DNA of 64,000 nucleotides from the human T2T-CHM13v2.0 reference genome, Homo sapiens (GCF_009914755.1 NC_060926.1), one strand, 5' to 3'. Shown: positions 12,965-26,629, counted from the first letter of the stretch. Notes: a model not told the origin generated them from the sequence alone. A program made the numbers and translations.

Positions 12965-14629
12965 ACACCACCAGAGGGAAAAGAGAGGGATCGCATGCTG
13001 ATTCTAGAGAGGGTTTGCGTGTGCTGTAATTTAAAACAGAGATGACTGCAGTAAACTGACTCTTGGGTTTAAATTACCTTCAGTGGTCATTCTCTGGTAG
13101 TGAAAAGTGAGAATATTGGAATTTGATGATATAAATATTAGAGTAACTGGTGGGAAATTTAAAAATATTCCAGAAAAATCCATAATTGTTTTAAAAGGCT
13201 TTTTCCTTCTGTGGAAGGAAGAAAACAGTTTAAACCAATGCTGATAAAGATGGCATTTATTTTCTCTTCAAAAATGTAGAAAAGCCAACTGCCTCAATCC
13301 CAATACACCAAAAAAATTATTTGCATTTTTAAAAAATACTTTCAGTTCTTGAACATATGCATATATTTTGAAGTCATGCAATACATTCCTTTCTGCGTAT
13401 CTCTTTACCCAATTTTATATCATATACTGATTTCATTGGTTCTGCATTGTCTTTATATTTACCATTTCACATGGCTACATCATTTCATTGTGTGGCCAGA
13501 CCATCATTTAGTAAAACATCCCCCTCACTTTGAAGCATTTCCTTTTTTACTATCTATAATGACTATTGAAACTTTGCAAGGCACATTTGCATATATTAAA
13601 GAATATTCTTCTATTAAATTATTATTTCTGGGCACATTTTCTTTTTTAGAAATAGAGATCAAAAGTGTCAGTGCCATTGCCAGTCTTGCCATGCTTAAAA
13701 CTCTTCATTCACTATCATTCTGTAATAATCATAGATTTCTTAGATTTGAACATGTGTTTCAAATTGATACATAACTATGCTTTAAACTTGAAATGCTGTT
13801 AGTAGAGAAATGTACCAAAACATGTCCTCAAATACAAGAAACAAGAGTTATGACTTACAAGAAATCTTAGTAAATCAACCATATGAGACTATTTACAAAG
13901 CTTGTTTAAAATTAACTTTAGGGATTTTCAGTGGAACAGGGAAGCATTTGGTAGTTTTTCTTCTCCCCAAGACCTAGTCAAAGATAATTTTTCTCTGAGT
14001 GGATTGGTATGCTTGACAGGCAAAATTGTGGTCATTCTTTTTGTTTAATGCAATGGGCCACAAACCTAACATTATCATTATAATTAGACATAAACTCAAA
14101 GTTACAATAATAGAGGCCGGAGATAATTCTTACAATGACAGAGATCACAAAATATTAGAACACTTTTGTAAACACGCAGTCTTTAATACATGGACAACTT
14201 AGCTTTGACCAAGGGTTTCTTTCCTTCCCTTACTTACAAATCCTCTCTCTGAAGACCTCATACTCTTTTATACAAGATAGCAGATCACCTGGCAGGAACG
14301 TGAAATAAACTCTTTGGAATCCTAACGTGAATGTCAGCTCCATGTATTTACTAAATCTTGGCAGATTTCCTTTCTTGAGTCCATGTAAGCTATTATTCTC
14401 TTTATTAGTGTTTCTCAAAGTATAGATTTCAGGCCACCTTCCTTAAAATCACCTCAGGTACCTATTAAAAATGCACTAATTGAGTTGCTCTTAATATCTA
14501 CTGAGTTGGAGTGAATCCCAGGGGAGCTATTGCTCCAAGTATTAATTCTAGTATGAGAAGAAAAAATATGTTTATACATATGATGGGTTATAGTGAAAAC
14601 CTACTTTTTTCAGCATTGTGCCTTTCATT

Positions 14630-15060
14630 CTAATAATGTTAATTGAGCCCCAATTTTGTGCCAGGCAATGTGTTAGAAGCGAAGGATAAACTACTGAACA
14701 AAAACTGGGATGCACCTTGCCAACATAGAATTTTCAAGTTAGGGAACAGACATTAATAAAATAGCTACACAAACAAATGTGTAATTGTAGTTTTGACAAT
14801 GTGAACAGAGAAGAACATATTTTGAGGGTGCTAAAATAGTGAGCTATATCATCTTTGGTAAGTCAGGAATGCTTCCCTGAGGCAGTCATGCCGTATGCTG
14901 AGAACAGAAGGATAAATAACGGATACCAGCAGAACAGGAGAGAGAAGAGTACTTACGCAGAGGGACAGCCTTTGCAAAGGTCCTGTGGCAGGAGAGAAAA
15001 TAAGAAATGCAAGAGACTAAAAGGACACAGTGATTAAATCCTGGAGAGAGGATGAAGGAG
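14630..15060 (-). mobile_element. L2 fragment
   Basis: TTGAGC...TGTGCCAGGCA.TGTG.TAG and TCAGGAATGCTTCCCTGAGG...TGCAAAGGTCCTGTGGCAGGA motifs. Confidence 0.6.
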
Positions 15061-16041
15061 GGGAATCATGGTTGAAAATCTCTGAACTGCCCAAGCCAAC
15101 TCCTAACAAGGAAAAATGCAGAGTTTACTACTTTAATTAGAAGCAAAACATTTTACGTGCCATATGTGACACTGCAAAACATTTTTATTAAAATGTCCAC
15201 ATTGGTTGTATTATGCCCTGATGCTTCATTTCAGGTCATTGGTTAATCCTGTGGCTTCCATGGCAATTTGCAATTTTTTGTTTCATCCTACCTCAGTCTA
15301 CCTTGCTACATCTCAGTCTCAATAACTCCACATACTGGTGCTTAACTTAGCAAAGACAACCACCTGATCTAAAGTTGTTTTTGAGGATTGCTCCCCCAGG
15401 TGGATAAATAAGGTGGTAGGTGGGTCCCACCATACCCAACAACAGGTCTCTGGATCCATGAACAGAAGTAAATTATATGTAAATCAAAGTTTGCTTTCCT
15501 CAATTAGAAAGAAGGGGATGCCATGTCCTGTTGGCAACGTTTGCAGCAGGGTCACTGCCTGCCACCTACGTAGTCCCTTTGGATATTCATTTCAGCTGAA
15601 TCTTTTTAAAATTAAATGAGTTTTGGAATTGTATTTTAACATACACAGGCGTTACCCTCTGTTCATTCATACCCAGATTCTGACTTAGCATGCAATTCTC
15701 TGAATGCTGGGAAAGCCTTCTCATTTTATATACAAATGTTGCAGCTTGTTATGTGGTCTTTAAGAGATGCCAGCTAATTTTTAATAGAATACAAATACCA
15801 AAAAATTACTTGTTAAATGTAATAGTGATTAACAGATACTTTTTAAAAACTTGCCAAAGTCATGACTACTACATAGATATACTAAGAAGAAAACAGAGGC
15901 TTGCCTTTTACAATTAGTGGATTTTGCTTTATTTCTACATTTATCAAAATGTCTTTAATGGAAGACTGCATCTGTGGATGTTATGAGCAATTTATGCTAA
16001 AAGGTTCCCTGGACAAATAAGTTAAGGACAACTTTGAACTA

Positions 16042-17079
16042 CAGTTATATGCCACATAACAACATTTCAGTTAATGGCAGACTGCATATACGGTGGTGGT
16101 CCCCTAAGAATATAACGGAGGAAAAACATCCCTATTGCCCAGTATTTACTATACCATGTTTTTATAATTGTTATTTTAGAGCATACTTTTTCTAAAAATA
16201 TAAAAGATATATGTAAAAGATTGACTGCAAAACAGCCTCAGACAGGGTCTTCAGTGGGTGTTCCAGAAGAAGGCATTATTATCAGTGGAGATGACCGCTC
16301 CGTTTCATGTTCATGCCCCTGAAAACCTTCCAGTGGGACAAGATAGTGATATCGGAGGTGAAAGACAGTGATATTGATGATCCTGACCCTGTATAGGCCT
16401 AGGCCAATAATGTATATGTCTTAGTTTTTAATAAAAATTTTTAAAAAGTAAAAAAAAAAGAAAAAGTTTATAAAATAAAGATATAAAGAAAAAATTTTCT
16501 ACAGTTGTACAATGTGTTTAGGATTTTAAGCTAAGTGTTATTAAGAAAGAGTCAAAAAGTTTTAAAAATTAAAAAGTTTATAAAGTAACAAAGCTATAGT
16601 AAGTTAAGGTTAATTTGTTATTGAAGAAAGAAAAATCTCTTTTATAAATTTAATGTCACCTATGTATATATAATGTTTATAAAGTCTACAGCAGGAGTGT
16701 ACAGTAATTTCCTAGGCCTTCACATTTATTCACTGACTAACCCAGAGCAACTTCTAGTCCTGCAAGCTCCATTAATGATAAGTTCCCCATACAGGTATAA
16801 TACATTTTATCTTTTATACTATATTTTTACTGTACCTTTTCTATGTTTAGATACACAAATACTTACTATTGTGTTATACTGCCTGCAGCATTCAGTACAA
16901 TAACATGCTGTACAGCTGTTAGCCTAGGAGCAAAGGCTATACCATATTGGCTAGATGTGTAGTAAGCTATACCCTTAAGCTATACCCTCTAGGTTTGTGT
17001 AAGTACACTCTGTGATCTTCTCACAATGATGAAATTGACAAACAATACATTGCTCAGAACATTAAGCAACACACTACTG
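16042..17079. mobile_element. Tigger3 (Golem) DNA transposon derivative
   Basis: TA|CAGTTATATGCCACATAACAACATTTCAGTTAATGG left TIR, decayed right TIR ...TTAAGCAACACACTACTG, internal GATATTGATGATCCTGACCCTGT. Confidence 0.85.
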
Positions 17080-17454
17080 TCCTTGTACTTCTTTCTTTCT
17101 GAAAGACTTTTCAAAGCATTTAATAAGGGTGTGCATGTTGTAATTCTCCCAGAATGGGATATCTATTAGGCTTCTTAAACTTATTTTTCCATGTAATTCT
17201 TTCTGCACTGTTTCTGAAAAACATTCTGCAAGACTAGCACTCAGTGGCCCTACGGAAGTGTGCCTACTGCCCTGTTGCTGTCATTCCCTGATCAGGGAAT
17301 ATGGGAAGAAGGGTTTCTGTAATCTCATGTCCCATGGCAAAACTGTTGGTAATAGAGGGAATGGTGGCATGCGTCACCATCGACAATACTGAAAACATAT
17401 CACCGTGACCTACTGTTGGAATTAGAGAGCAGACATCTCATTATGCAAAAGTAT

Positions 17455-18280
17455 TGTAGCAGTCGGGGTCCAATCAGGAAAAAGAAGCCACACGTAAGTT
17501 AAACAAAATAAGTTAATATAAAGAATTAACAACTATGATAGAAGAATAGGTATTAGCTACAAAGAAAGTCAATTCACTAGCCTCAGGCTGAGGGAGAGCC
17601 ACCAAGGAATGACAAACTGGCAAAGGATCCAGACTTTCATGGAGAAGGTGTGGTTCAGCCCATGGGAGAGCAGGAAGCTTTTTGGTTTAGCCAGGCTAGA
17701 GCTGACCCAGAGTTTCCAGACTAGCAATAGACCACCTTTCAGAGGCAGGCCAAGCAGATAATCAGCAGCTGGTGGCAAGGCCATGCAGTGGGGGTTGGAA
17801 CACCTCTCTAGGCAATAGACTTTCAAAGCACATGGGCTATGCAGGGGCTTGCAGAGAGAGAAGCAGATCTGAGTTTATCTCTTAGGACACATGCAGGTGG
17901 CATGCAGGATACTCAGGGGCTTATAGAATCAACAACTGCTCCCTATGTGACCCTCCAGACCACAGGCAGCTGTATGGTTTGTTTCCATGAGAAGAGAGCT
18001 GTAGAGAAGTTATTTCCTGGCCCAGGCTATAAGATCATTCTATGGCTATAGTTGAACAGGCTCCACAGTGTTCTCATGCTCATGACTGCTGATACCCAGC
18101 CCAGGTAGGAAATTTCAGGAAGACTCTTCCTCTTGCAATGTCCCTCCAGTGTTTGCTGAGAAAGCTAAACATTGTGCTCACATTAAATTAGAAGTGCTTA
18201 AAGGGATTCAGCTATTTATCAAGGAACATATGTTGAAGGGTGCATTGGAACTGAGAGGTCGTAGATTAAAAACTCACACA
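17455..18280 (-). mobile_element. ERVL solo LTR (LTR41/LTR33 family)
   Basis: TG...CA ends, CCTCTCAGTTCCAATGCACCCTTC start and CTGATTGGACCC..ACTG.TACA end on the minus strand; TSD AGTAT / GGTAT. Confidence 0.75.
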
Positions 18281-19919
18281 GGTATGTTGCTGATTCATAA
18301 TAGTGGATCTTGCAACAGAATGCATTGCCATCCTATGCCACTGCACAGTGTGAATGCTGGTACTGCTGTCTGTTTCCCACCTTCTCCTACAATTGGAGTA
18401 AAACTTGGAGTAGTGACTACCTAATCACTTTTTTATCCATTTAGTTTTTAACATTTTATTTTGAAATAATTATAGATTCATTGGACATAGCAAAGATAGT
18501 ACAGAGAGATCTTTTGTATGATTTATCTAGTTTCCTTCAGTAATTCCATCTTACATAACTATAGTACATTATAAAAATCAGGAAATTGAAATCGACGCCA
18601 TATACACTAATAGTACTGTGCCACTTATCACCTATGCAGATTCCTGTAACCACCACAGCAATCAAGACACAGAAGTTTCCTACTACCACACAGATCTCCC
18701 TGTGTTACCCCTTTATAGTGAAGCCCACCCCAACACGTCCCATCCATTCACAATCCCTGAGAACCACTAATCTGTTCTGCACATTTGTAATTTTGTCATT
18801 TCAAGAATGTTATTGAAACGGTACTTTTATCGTATGTGACCTTTTGAGATTGGCTTTTTTCACTTAGAATAGCACCCTTACATGGATAGCTGAATAATGT
18901 TTTTAATCCACCCCACAATCTCTGTCTTTTCATTTTTATGCCTTGGGCATTTACATTTTATGTAATATTTGAAATTATGGGGCTCAAGTCTGAAATTTAA
19001 GTTTGTCTTCTCCGTTCCCTCTGTTGTGTGTTTCTCTCTTTCATTTTTCATGTCTTTCTATGAGTTACTTAAATATTTCTTAGAACACATTTTGATTTAG
19101 CTATAGTGTTTTGTAACACATCTCAAGTATGATGGATTTTTATTAGTTCCCCTAAATACATGTTATACACATAAAGCTTATCACAGTCTATTGGTATTAG
19201 CATTTTACAGTTTGAATGAAGTATAGAAACTTTACCTCCTTTATCCCTTTTCCCTACCTAGTTTATAATATAATTGTGTTGGTTAACTTCTCCACACATA
19301 TTGAGAATATCAGACATTATACCCCTAGCTTCAACCTTCAATCATAATTTAGAAAATACAAAAGGAGAAAAATAGAATGTATACTATTATTTCTTCATGA
19401 TTTTCCTCTTTCTATTCTTTCTTCCTTCCTGATATTTCAAGATTCCTTCTTTCATCATTTCCTTTGTCATTCAAGAATACCCCCTAGCCAATTTTTTAGT
19501 ATAGGTTTACCAGCAACAAATTATTCTTAGTTTTCCTTTGTCTGAGAATGTGTTTATTTTTTCTTCGTTATTGAAAGATCATTTTGTTAGACAAAGAATT
19601 TGGAGTTGGCAGTTAGTTTCTTTTAACACTTGAAACATATTGTGCTCTTGCCTTCTGGTCTTCATGGTTTCTGATGAGAAATTTGCTGTCATTCACATTG
19701 TTCTTTCTGTATAAGCAAGGTGTCACTTCTTTCTTACTGCTTTTTGGAACTGAGAGGCAATAGATTGAAAACTGACACAGGTATGTTGCTTATTGGTAAT
19801 GGTGAATTTTGCAGCACAGTGCATTACCGTCCTATGCCACCGCGCAACGTGAATGCTGGTACTATTGTCTTTGTTTCCCACCTTCTACAATTGGAATAAA
19901 ACTGGGAGTAGCGACTACC
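18245..19919 (+). repeat. Direct duplication of ~176 nt (18245-18421 and 19744-19919)
   Basis: TTGGAACTGAGAGG...ACACAGGTATGTTGCT...GTGAATGCTGGTACT...GACTACC in both copies; about 26 substitutions and 2 indels by hand. Confidence 0.93.
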
Positions 19920-21410
19920 AGGATTTTTTTTTTAATTTTGTTTCCTGAAATTAGATTATGATGTGTGTTGGTGGTTATCTTTTGCCAAATTTGGAAAAAA
20001 TTTATCCATGAATTTTTTGGACTATTTTTTAAGCCCCACTGTCTTTCTCTTTTTCTGGAAATCCAATGGCATGAATTTTAGATCTTTTTTATAGTCCAAC
20101 TTGTCTCTTAGTTTCTATTCTTTTTTCACTTTATATTCTATGTTTTGTTCAGATTTGATACTTTCTATCATCGTATCTTCAAATTCACTGATCCTTTCCT
20201 TTTGCCCTTTTCATTTTGCTAAGTCCATTCAATGAGTTTTTAAATGTTCGTTATTTCTACCTCAATTCTAGAATTTTAATTCGTTTCTTCTTTGCGTCTT
20301 CTATTTGTTTGCTAAGGCTTTCCACTTTTTCACTTTTTTTTAAGCATGTTTGTGATTCTTCACTAATGCAATTCTGTAATGGCTACTTAAAAATTCTTGT
20401 GAGATAATTGCAACACCTGTATCATGTCAGTGTTGGTGTCTGTTGATTGTTTTCTGCTTTGGTTTAGGTCTTTGGTGGCTCTTAATATGAATGATTTTCA
20501 AGTGTATCTTGGACATTTTGTCATTTATGTTGTAAAACTCTGCATATTACTTATGTATTTCTGACCTTTGACTCCCTGAAGAAGGGTGTTCAATGACTGT
20601 TTTGTGAAGGTGGGATACTGGGCTCCCCATTATTCCTCCAATGCCATCACCCCTGCTGGCTGGAAAGTTGGGAGGCCCCTCTTTATTGCTCTCCTTGTAG
20701 CCTTCACTGACATCATTGCCAGAAGGAAGCCCTCAATACCAGTGGATGATGAAGAAAGTTCTAGTTACCAGCTCTGTCCTCTGACACACAAAGGGAAGAG
20801 GAGAAGATCTTGATACCGCTAGGTGGGGTAGAAGTACAGGATCTTCACATGGCTTCCACTGACATCTAGAGGAGCCCCGTCACCATCAAGTGGGAACAAA
20901 AATCCTGGCCCCACACTTGGTCTTCTCTAATATGAAAGTAGTTGGAGAGAGAGACAGCAAAGGGCAAAAAGCCAGAAACTTACACTCACCACTCAGCCTT
21001 TGCTGATGGGAGTAAGGATTTAGTTGTGGTTTTTCATGTTGTTTGCCTGGAGTATGGTACTTATGGCCTAGAAGTGTCCTGTCTTTCTAGGCTGACACTT
21101 TTCAGCTTATTTGGCTAGAGAAAGCAGGTTTTCCTGGGGAAATTTCATTTTCTTCCCCTCTAGGACTTTCTGAGTTACTGCTTCTTCCCACCACCAGTTC
21201 TTTATATATGAAGCAAAAAGAAATCCTGGGAATTCACCGCCTTATTGTTCCTCAGGTCCCAAGGTTCCTAGGCAGTTCGCCTTCTCTCTGCTTTTCAAAG
21301 TCCTCATGTTTATTTCATGTGTCCAATTTCTAGGGGTTTTAGCTGTATTTAGTAGGAGAAATTGAGAGAAAGAAGTATGTCTATTCCAACTTGATCCAGA
21401 AACAGATGTT
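18432..21410 (-). mobile_element. Old L1MC-type LINE-1 with both ends and most of ORF2 deleted
   Basis: L1MC3-like 3' end (TTTTATTTTGAAATAATTATAGATTCA), jump to the EN/ORF1 region near 18900, 5'UTR ending ~21410; degenerate TSD CCTAATCACTTT / CCAAATCAGTTT. Confidence 0.7.
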
Positions 21411-22109
21411 CCAAATCAGTTTCAATTATTAGGATTTCCTTTTCTACAGGAGAAAATGGCTTTCCTCCTCAACTTGCCAGTTTTTCTGCCTCTCAGCTTT
21501 CCCTTTCCAACTATGTGTGGTTGGCTCCAAAACAATTCTTTCATTAAATAACCTCATGAGGTCACTCCTACCAGCTGTGACAGCGTCTCAACCATTCCCA
21601 TGTTAATGTGGTCTTTTCTGTCGTCCACATATGAGACACAGACATTAACAGCATATGTTGTTTAAATTCTCAACATATGCTGATCAGTTTTCCAAACAGG
21701 TATTCAGATCTTCTTTGATCTACTGTTTTATTGAGATTTTTTATAATAAGTGACTAATTCAAACTTACCAATTGGCAATATTATTAAGGCCAAATTTTCC
21801 TGACTGTTCAGTCTATGGCTTTGTGTCTTAAAATACCCGCCTTTCGTCTTCCAAGCACTCGCATCTAGGAGGCTGAGGTATAGTATCAATATTTGAGTGA
21901 TTGAAATGATGTTTTAGCCAGAGATAGAGCTGGGAGTGGATTTAACAGTTATTGGGGTGTTGAATACACACTAGAAGTTTTATACGCATCATCAAATTTA
22001 TTTCTCAAAATAAAGCCATGATGTATATTTTACCAGTGAAGATTTTTCAAGGTCACACGGTTAGTAAAACCCAACCTGGGACTGAACTTCTGCTGTAAGT
22101 ATGGAGCTA

Positions 22110-22362
22110 TCCAGCAGTCCATGAAACATTAGTACATCATTACATCAATTTAGTGGGCAGCACACATTATCTTTAAAAGTGAAGGAGTTCGGAGTAGAAA
22201 ATATCACCAGGCAGTTCACATAATTAGGGAAACTATTGTTTAATGAACACAAAGTTTGTTTCTTGTATATATACATTTATTAATCTAATGTGTGCATTGA
22301 GTCCCCGTGCATAAGATATTATTCATAATGTGGCTGGTAGTCAAAGAAATTTGGAGCTATTG
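22110..22362. mobile_element. MER112-like hAT element
   Basis: ATCAATTTAGTGGG...TAGAAAATATCA motifs recalled from consensus. Confidence 0.45.
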
Positions 22363-22711
22363 TGTTAGGTGACCTTCTGAGACACTTTCTAAGCCTTCAT
22401 CTGATGTATTGTTTACCAGACCCACTGTGCTGATACTTTTCCAGGAAAATGCCTGATCCTTCAAAAACAAAATTTATTTTGGGTTAGAACAGGAAGTAGC
22501 TATTTCTGTGGCAAAAATTAGTGCTAGCATATAATTCTTGCTGCCCATGATTTGTGTGTGTGTGTGTGTGTTTGTGTTTCTGGTAAGAGTACACTTTGCC
22601 ATTTTTTTTCTTCCTTATCGTACCACAAAACTCTCTAAAACAAGGTGAAATTCCAGTCAGTCTCACAATGAGATGAGAATTGAAAACTCAAAGTACAAAA
22701 GATAAACTCCA

Positions 22712-22935
22712 CTGGTTAAGAGGGCAGATCCTGGAGTTCCACAGATGTATTTCAAATCCAGGCTTTGTCACTCAGAATCCTGGGCAAATTACTATTTAAT
22801 TTTCTTACCTGCAAAATAGTAATAATAGTAGCAACTAACTCTTTGTGATAATGTTAAGATTAAAATGAGGTATACATGTAAAGTCATTATCAAAGTGTTT
22901 TGCCTGACAACAAAAACTTAATAACTATTAGCTAT
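22712..22935 (+). mobile_element. MIR
   Basis: TGGTTAAGAG...TTCAAATCC...CTGGGCAAATTAC...AAGATTAAAATGAG. Confidence 0.7.
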
Positions 22936-23438
22936 TAGTCTACTACTTCTGAAGTAAGACTTTAACAGAAACCAATAATTCCAAAGGAAATTTTGAACTG
23001 TTACAGGCAGGAAATGAACCATTTTGCTTTCTTGTTAGACTTTTTAAGTTGCCCTTTTCTTAGAATATACTAAACAATGAAGTAACACTGTTCAAATTTT
23101 ATATTTTAAATAACTGTTGGCTGATTTTCGATAAAAGGAAAATGGAAGAAAATTGTGTGTTCTTCACTTTTGTTTCTTTATATTCAAACTGCCATGGCTA
23201 TACAAACCACACCTCTCCATAATCTGTGTAATTCTAATTTAACTTACATAACGTTGTGGGGTGAAGTGAAGAGCCAGAAATTGTGTGGAATTGTATAGGA
23301 AAGCTGGATTTCTTTACTAAGACCCAAACCCCAAGAGCTGGTGCTCCTAGAGTATTTTGAGTCTGAAAATGACTCAGACTCCTGAGTGTATCATTGATAA
23401 AAGGATTCTTGATATTGCAGGACAACCTGGACCCATCC

Positions 23439-23846
23439 ATGTTCCCAATGCAGAAGGGCTCCCTCAACCTCCTGAGGCAGAAATGGGAATCTTGTGATTA
23501 TCAGAGAAGTGAGTGTCATCCCAGGGACAGCCATTGTACAATTTTCCAGCCTCAGGAAAGCAAATTGCTTGCGCCTGAAGGAGAGGTAGTATCAGCACCT
23601 CAATCTTTGGATCCCACAAGTCTGCCCTACAGTACAGGGGAAGAGATGTGGAGTTCGAAGCCGGAAGAGAAGGATTCTGTGGACAAGAGTAACAACACCA
23701 GGGAATATGGTCGGCCAGAAGTGCTGAAGGAGGATTCCCTGAGCAGTCGGCGCAGGATTGAACGCTTTTCCATTGCCCTTGATGAGCTGAGGAGTGTGTT
23801 TGAGGCTCCTAAGAGTGGAAACAAACCAGCTGAGTACGGTGGAAAG
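23439..23846 (+). CDS. XIRP2: XIRP2 first coding exon (exon 23421-23846; 136 codons, phase-0 donor)
   Basis: Translation MFPMQKGSLNLLRQKWESCDYQRSECHPRD...PAEYGGK matches the human XIRP2 N-terminus as I recall it. Acceptor ttgcAG ends at 23420, ATG at 23439, donor AAG|GTAAGG at 23846/23847; 408 nt. Confidence 0.95.
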
Positions 23847-26629
23847 GTAAGGAGCCATTGATTGAGAGTCTATGTTTACATATGACTTCCTTGCCTAGCC
23901 TACCATTTATTACTAAGCATGTAATCTTTCCCCCCGCCAGTATTCTAGACAGATGTCCTGAAGCCGATGTGTAATGCAGTGTGAAATGTGACATCCTCTC
24001 CTATTAATTTTCTCTAAGGTCTGCTTCAATGTGGACTTGACTTCCTTTTTCTTCCATAAAAACAATATTGATATGCCCTCTTATGTTGATGTTTCTGTAT
24101 GTATGTGCCTTATTTCTACAACTACGTTGTAAATTCCTTAGAGGCAGGAACAATTTCTAACCACTCTTTGTGCCTCAAACATTTAACAAATGGTGTTGCT
24201 TTTAGCCAAAGCTCCATGAGGATTTATCAGTAATGATGCTGACATGGAATAAATGAAGGCTTTGGAACCACAGTGATCCAGGTTTTAATCCTAAAGCCTG
24301 CCATTAACTTCTCTAGCTGAATGACACTTAACCTTAGAAATACAAATGTCTTAATCTGCTACTTTACATGGATCTTATGAAGATTATAGGTAACATTTTA
24401 AACACTAAGGGTAGAGTCTGGAATATTTTGTGGTAGGTGATGATCATTCCTCAGTGATTATGGTGTACTATAATGTCACATATAAAATATGTCTATTAGC
24501 TAAAGAGGGCATTTAGCCAAATTTAGGAAACAGGATTAGCAACATTATTAACTAAGACCACATTTATACTTTTGCGGTAATTAAAAGCAATTACTATTTC
24601 AACTGGAATTACTTGAATTTATTTCACTCATTAGGGCCTGTACATAATAGAAATTATAGTTGAATTTTGCAAAGAATTAATACATGATCTCAGGTTTTCC
24701 TTTAGAAAGCAAAGTCCACGCTTTTTTGTTTGTTTGATTGTTTTTTTGTTTTATTTGGTTTTCACCTAATGACAGTTTTATCAGAAAGGTACACAGTCGT
24801 ATTCTTGTTAATGGATAATTAGCCTTCATAGAAGCCATCACAGAAATAGAATATTTTTGAAAATCAATTATTTTACTAATTCTTGCTTCCAGTTGTCTTA
24901 TTGGGAAATATGTAGTAAGCCATCCTTCTTGAAAATCAAGTAACTCTAATTTGTTTAATGATAATAAGAGATATGAAGTTATATTTATGAGGTTATGTAG
25001 AGACTACAGAATCTCTTAAAACATGCAACCATTTGCTGATCCCTGATTTGAAGATTTTCTTTTTCTATTTCACAGGTGCAATCATTTTTGTTTATACTTT
25101 TATATCTTTTAGATGAATGTTTAGGGATTGGGGTACACAACAAAGATAGTTACAATGTCATTTATTTTTTATCTTTGTAAATTAAGAAAAGTAAAGCCAC
25201 AGAAAATAATTTCCATTCAATCCCTCTTGACTTTACTGTAATAATTTTGAATATTTACCCAAGATAACTGACAAAAGAAATGACCAAGGTAGAAAAAGTC
25301 GTCTATATAAATGATGTAATGTAACCTACTCTCATCTGGATGAGATGCAACTGCTTATATACAACAGTAAGATAATAACACATTAATGAGTTTCTGATTT
25401 AAATGTGAGATTACTAATATTCAGCATGATAGGTGGTTTGCCATCTAGTAACTATAAAAATAATTATGAAAAGAACCAGATATATTAAAACCACCATTTG
25501 CCTTGTAAAAATGAGATTAGTTTAGTATATGTAACATACTGTTTTAAATATCCTAAGGTTCTATGTCATAATATGGTATTTCCATAAATGTATGAAACAA
25601 GGTTGATGGATTTAAAAATTTCTTATCCATAGAAGACACATAGTTTTTAGAATCAGTTCACAAAAAAAGTGTTAGGAATGTTTGCAAACTTATTTTCTAT
25701 ATAAATTCTACAACAAAGGGGACGAGGAGAAAAAGAACAAAGAGAGCTCAATGAGGAATTAACTTGTTTTCTCCAAGTGAAGTATTTTGTTATATTATTA
25801 GGCATGTAAAAAGAATTCTAGTTCAACCAAATTTAAAATTATATATTTCACCCCATAGCATATTGATTACATACAACTTAATTATTAGTTTTTATAGATG
25901 CTTTTTTCTTTCTCATGTGACTACTTTATATTATTTAGTGCTTCATTATAAAGTCATGATATAATATTTATTTGCATAAATCATCTAAAAAATTCTGGCT
26001 ACTCTATAACTCTGACATTTATGTTTTTTGAGACTACTGAGATATTGGGGATGTGGAAAAAGGTATTCAATATTTATTAAACTTAAAGCAAGGACAGAAA
26101 ATAATTTCAAATAAGGAAAATCTTTTGTAACTAGTAAATCATCTCAACCATAAGGAACAATAAACTACATTTTAATGTTGCTATGGAAGGAAACCCTTCA
26201 GTAGTAGGCACTTGGTTTATAAAATTTGTAAAATAATTGCAGTAAATTGAGAGCTTGTAGAATTTTTAAAGGTATGGAATATCGTGTATATGTACATCTA
26301 TTTACAAGTAAATAGACATACATAAACATACACATATACACATACATTATGTATACATACATGCATATATAACTATACATTTTAATGTATTTTTATATAA
26401 TATATGTGTATGTGTATGTATATTTACTTGTAAGTAGATGTACATTACAATAGACATTATAATGTATGTGTATATGTATATGTACACAGTTTTTAATCTA
26501 AATATTTTTCAGCAAACAAAGGGGAAATGTACATATTCATTATAATGTGTCTGTTTAAGGAGAGTTTGGTCAGACAAACATTTATTACTAGAAAAAGGGA
26601 TCTACAGACTCTTAATGTTTTTCTCAAAA

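Noticed and set aside
12718-13045. Y/I/C/V/H/T-rich ORFs on both strands
   Set aside because: Translations of a TA/TG/CA microsatellite.
13349-13774. 141-aa hydrophobic ORF
   Set aside because: TTG start, AT-rich, overlaps decayed L1M-like sequence, and has no recognisable protein or splice pattern.
23394-23438. N-terminal extension of the 155-aa ORF and read-through to 23861
   Set aside because: It starts at a TTG in the intron upstream of the acceptor at 23420 and runs past the donor at 23846; an ORF-caller artefact.
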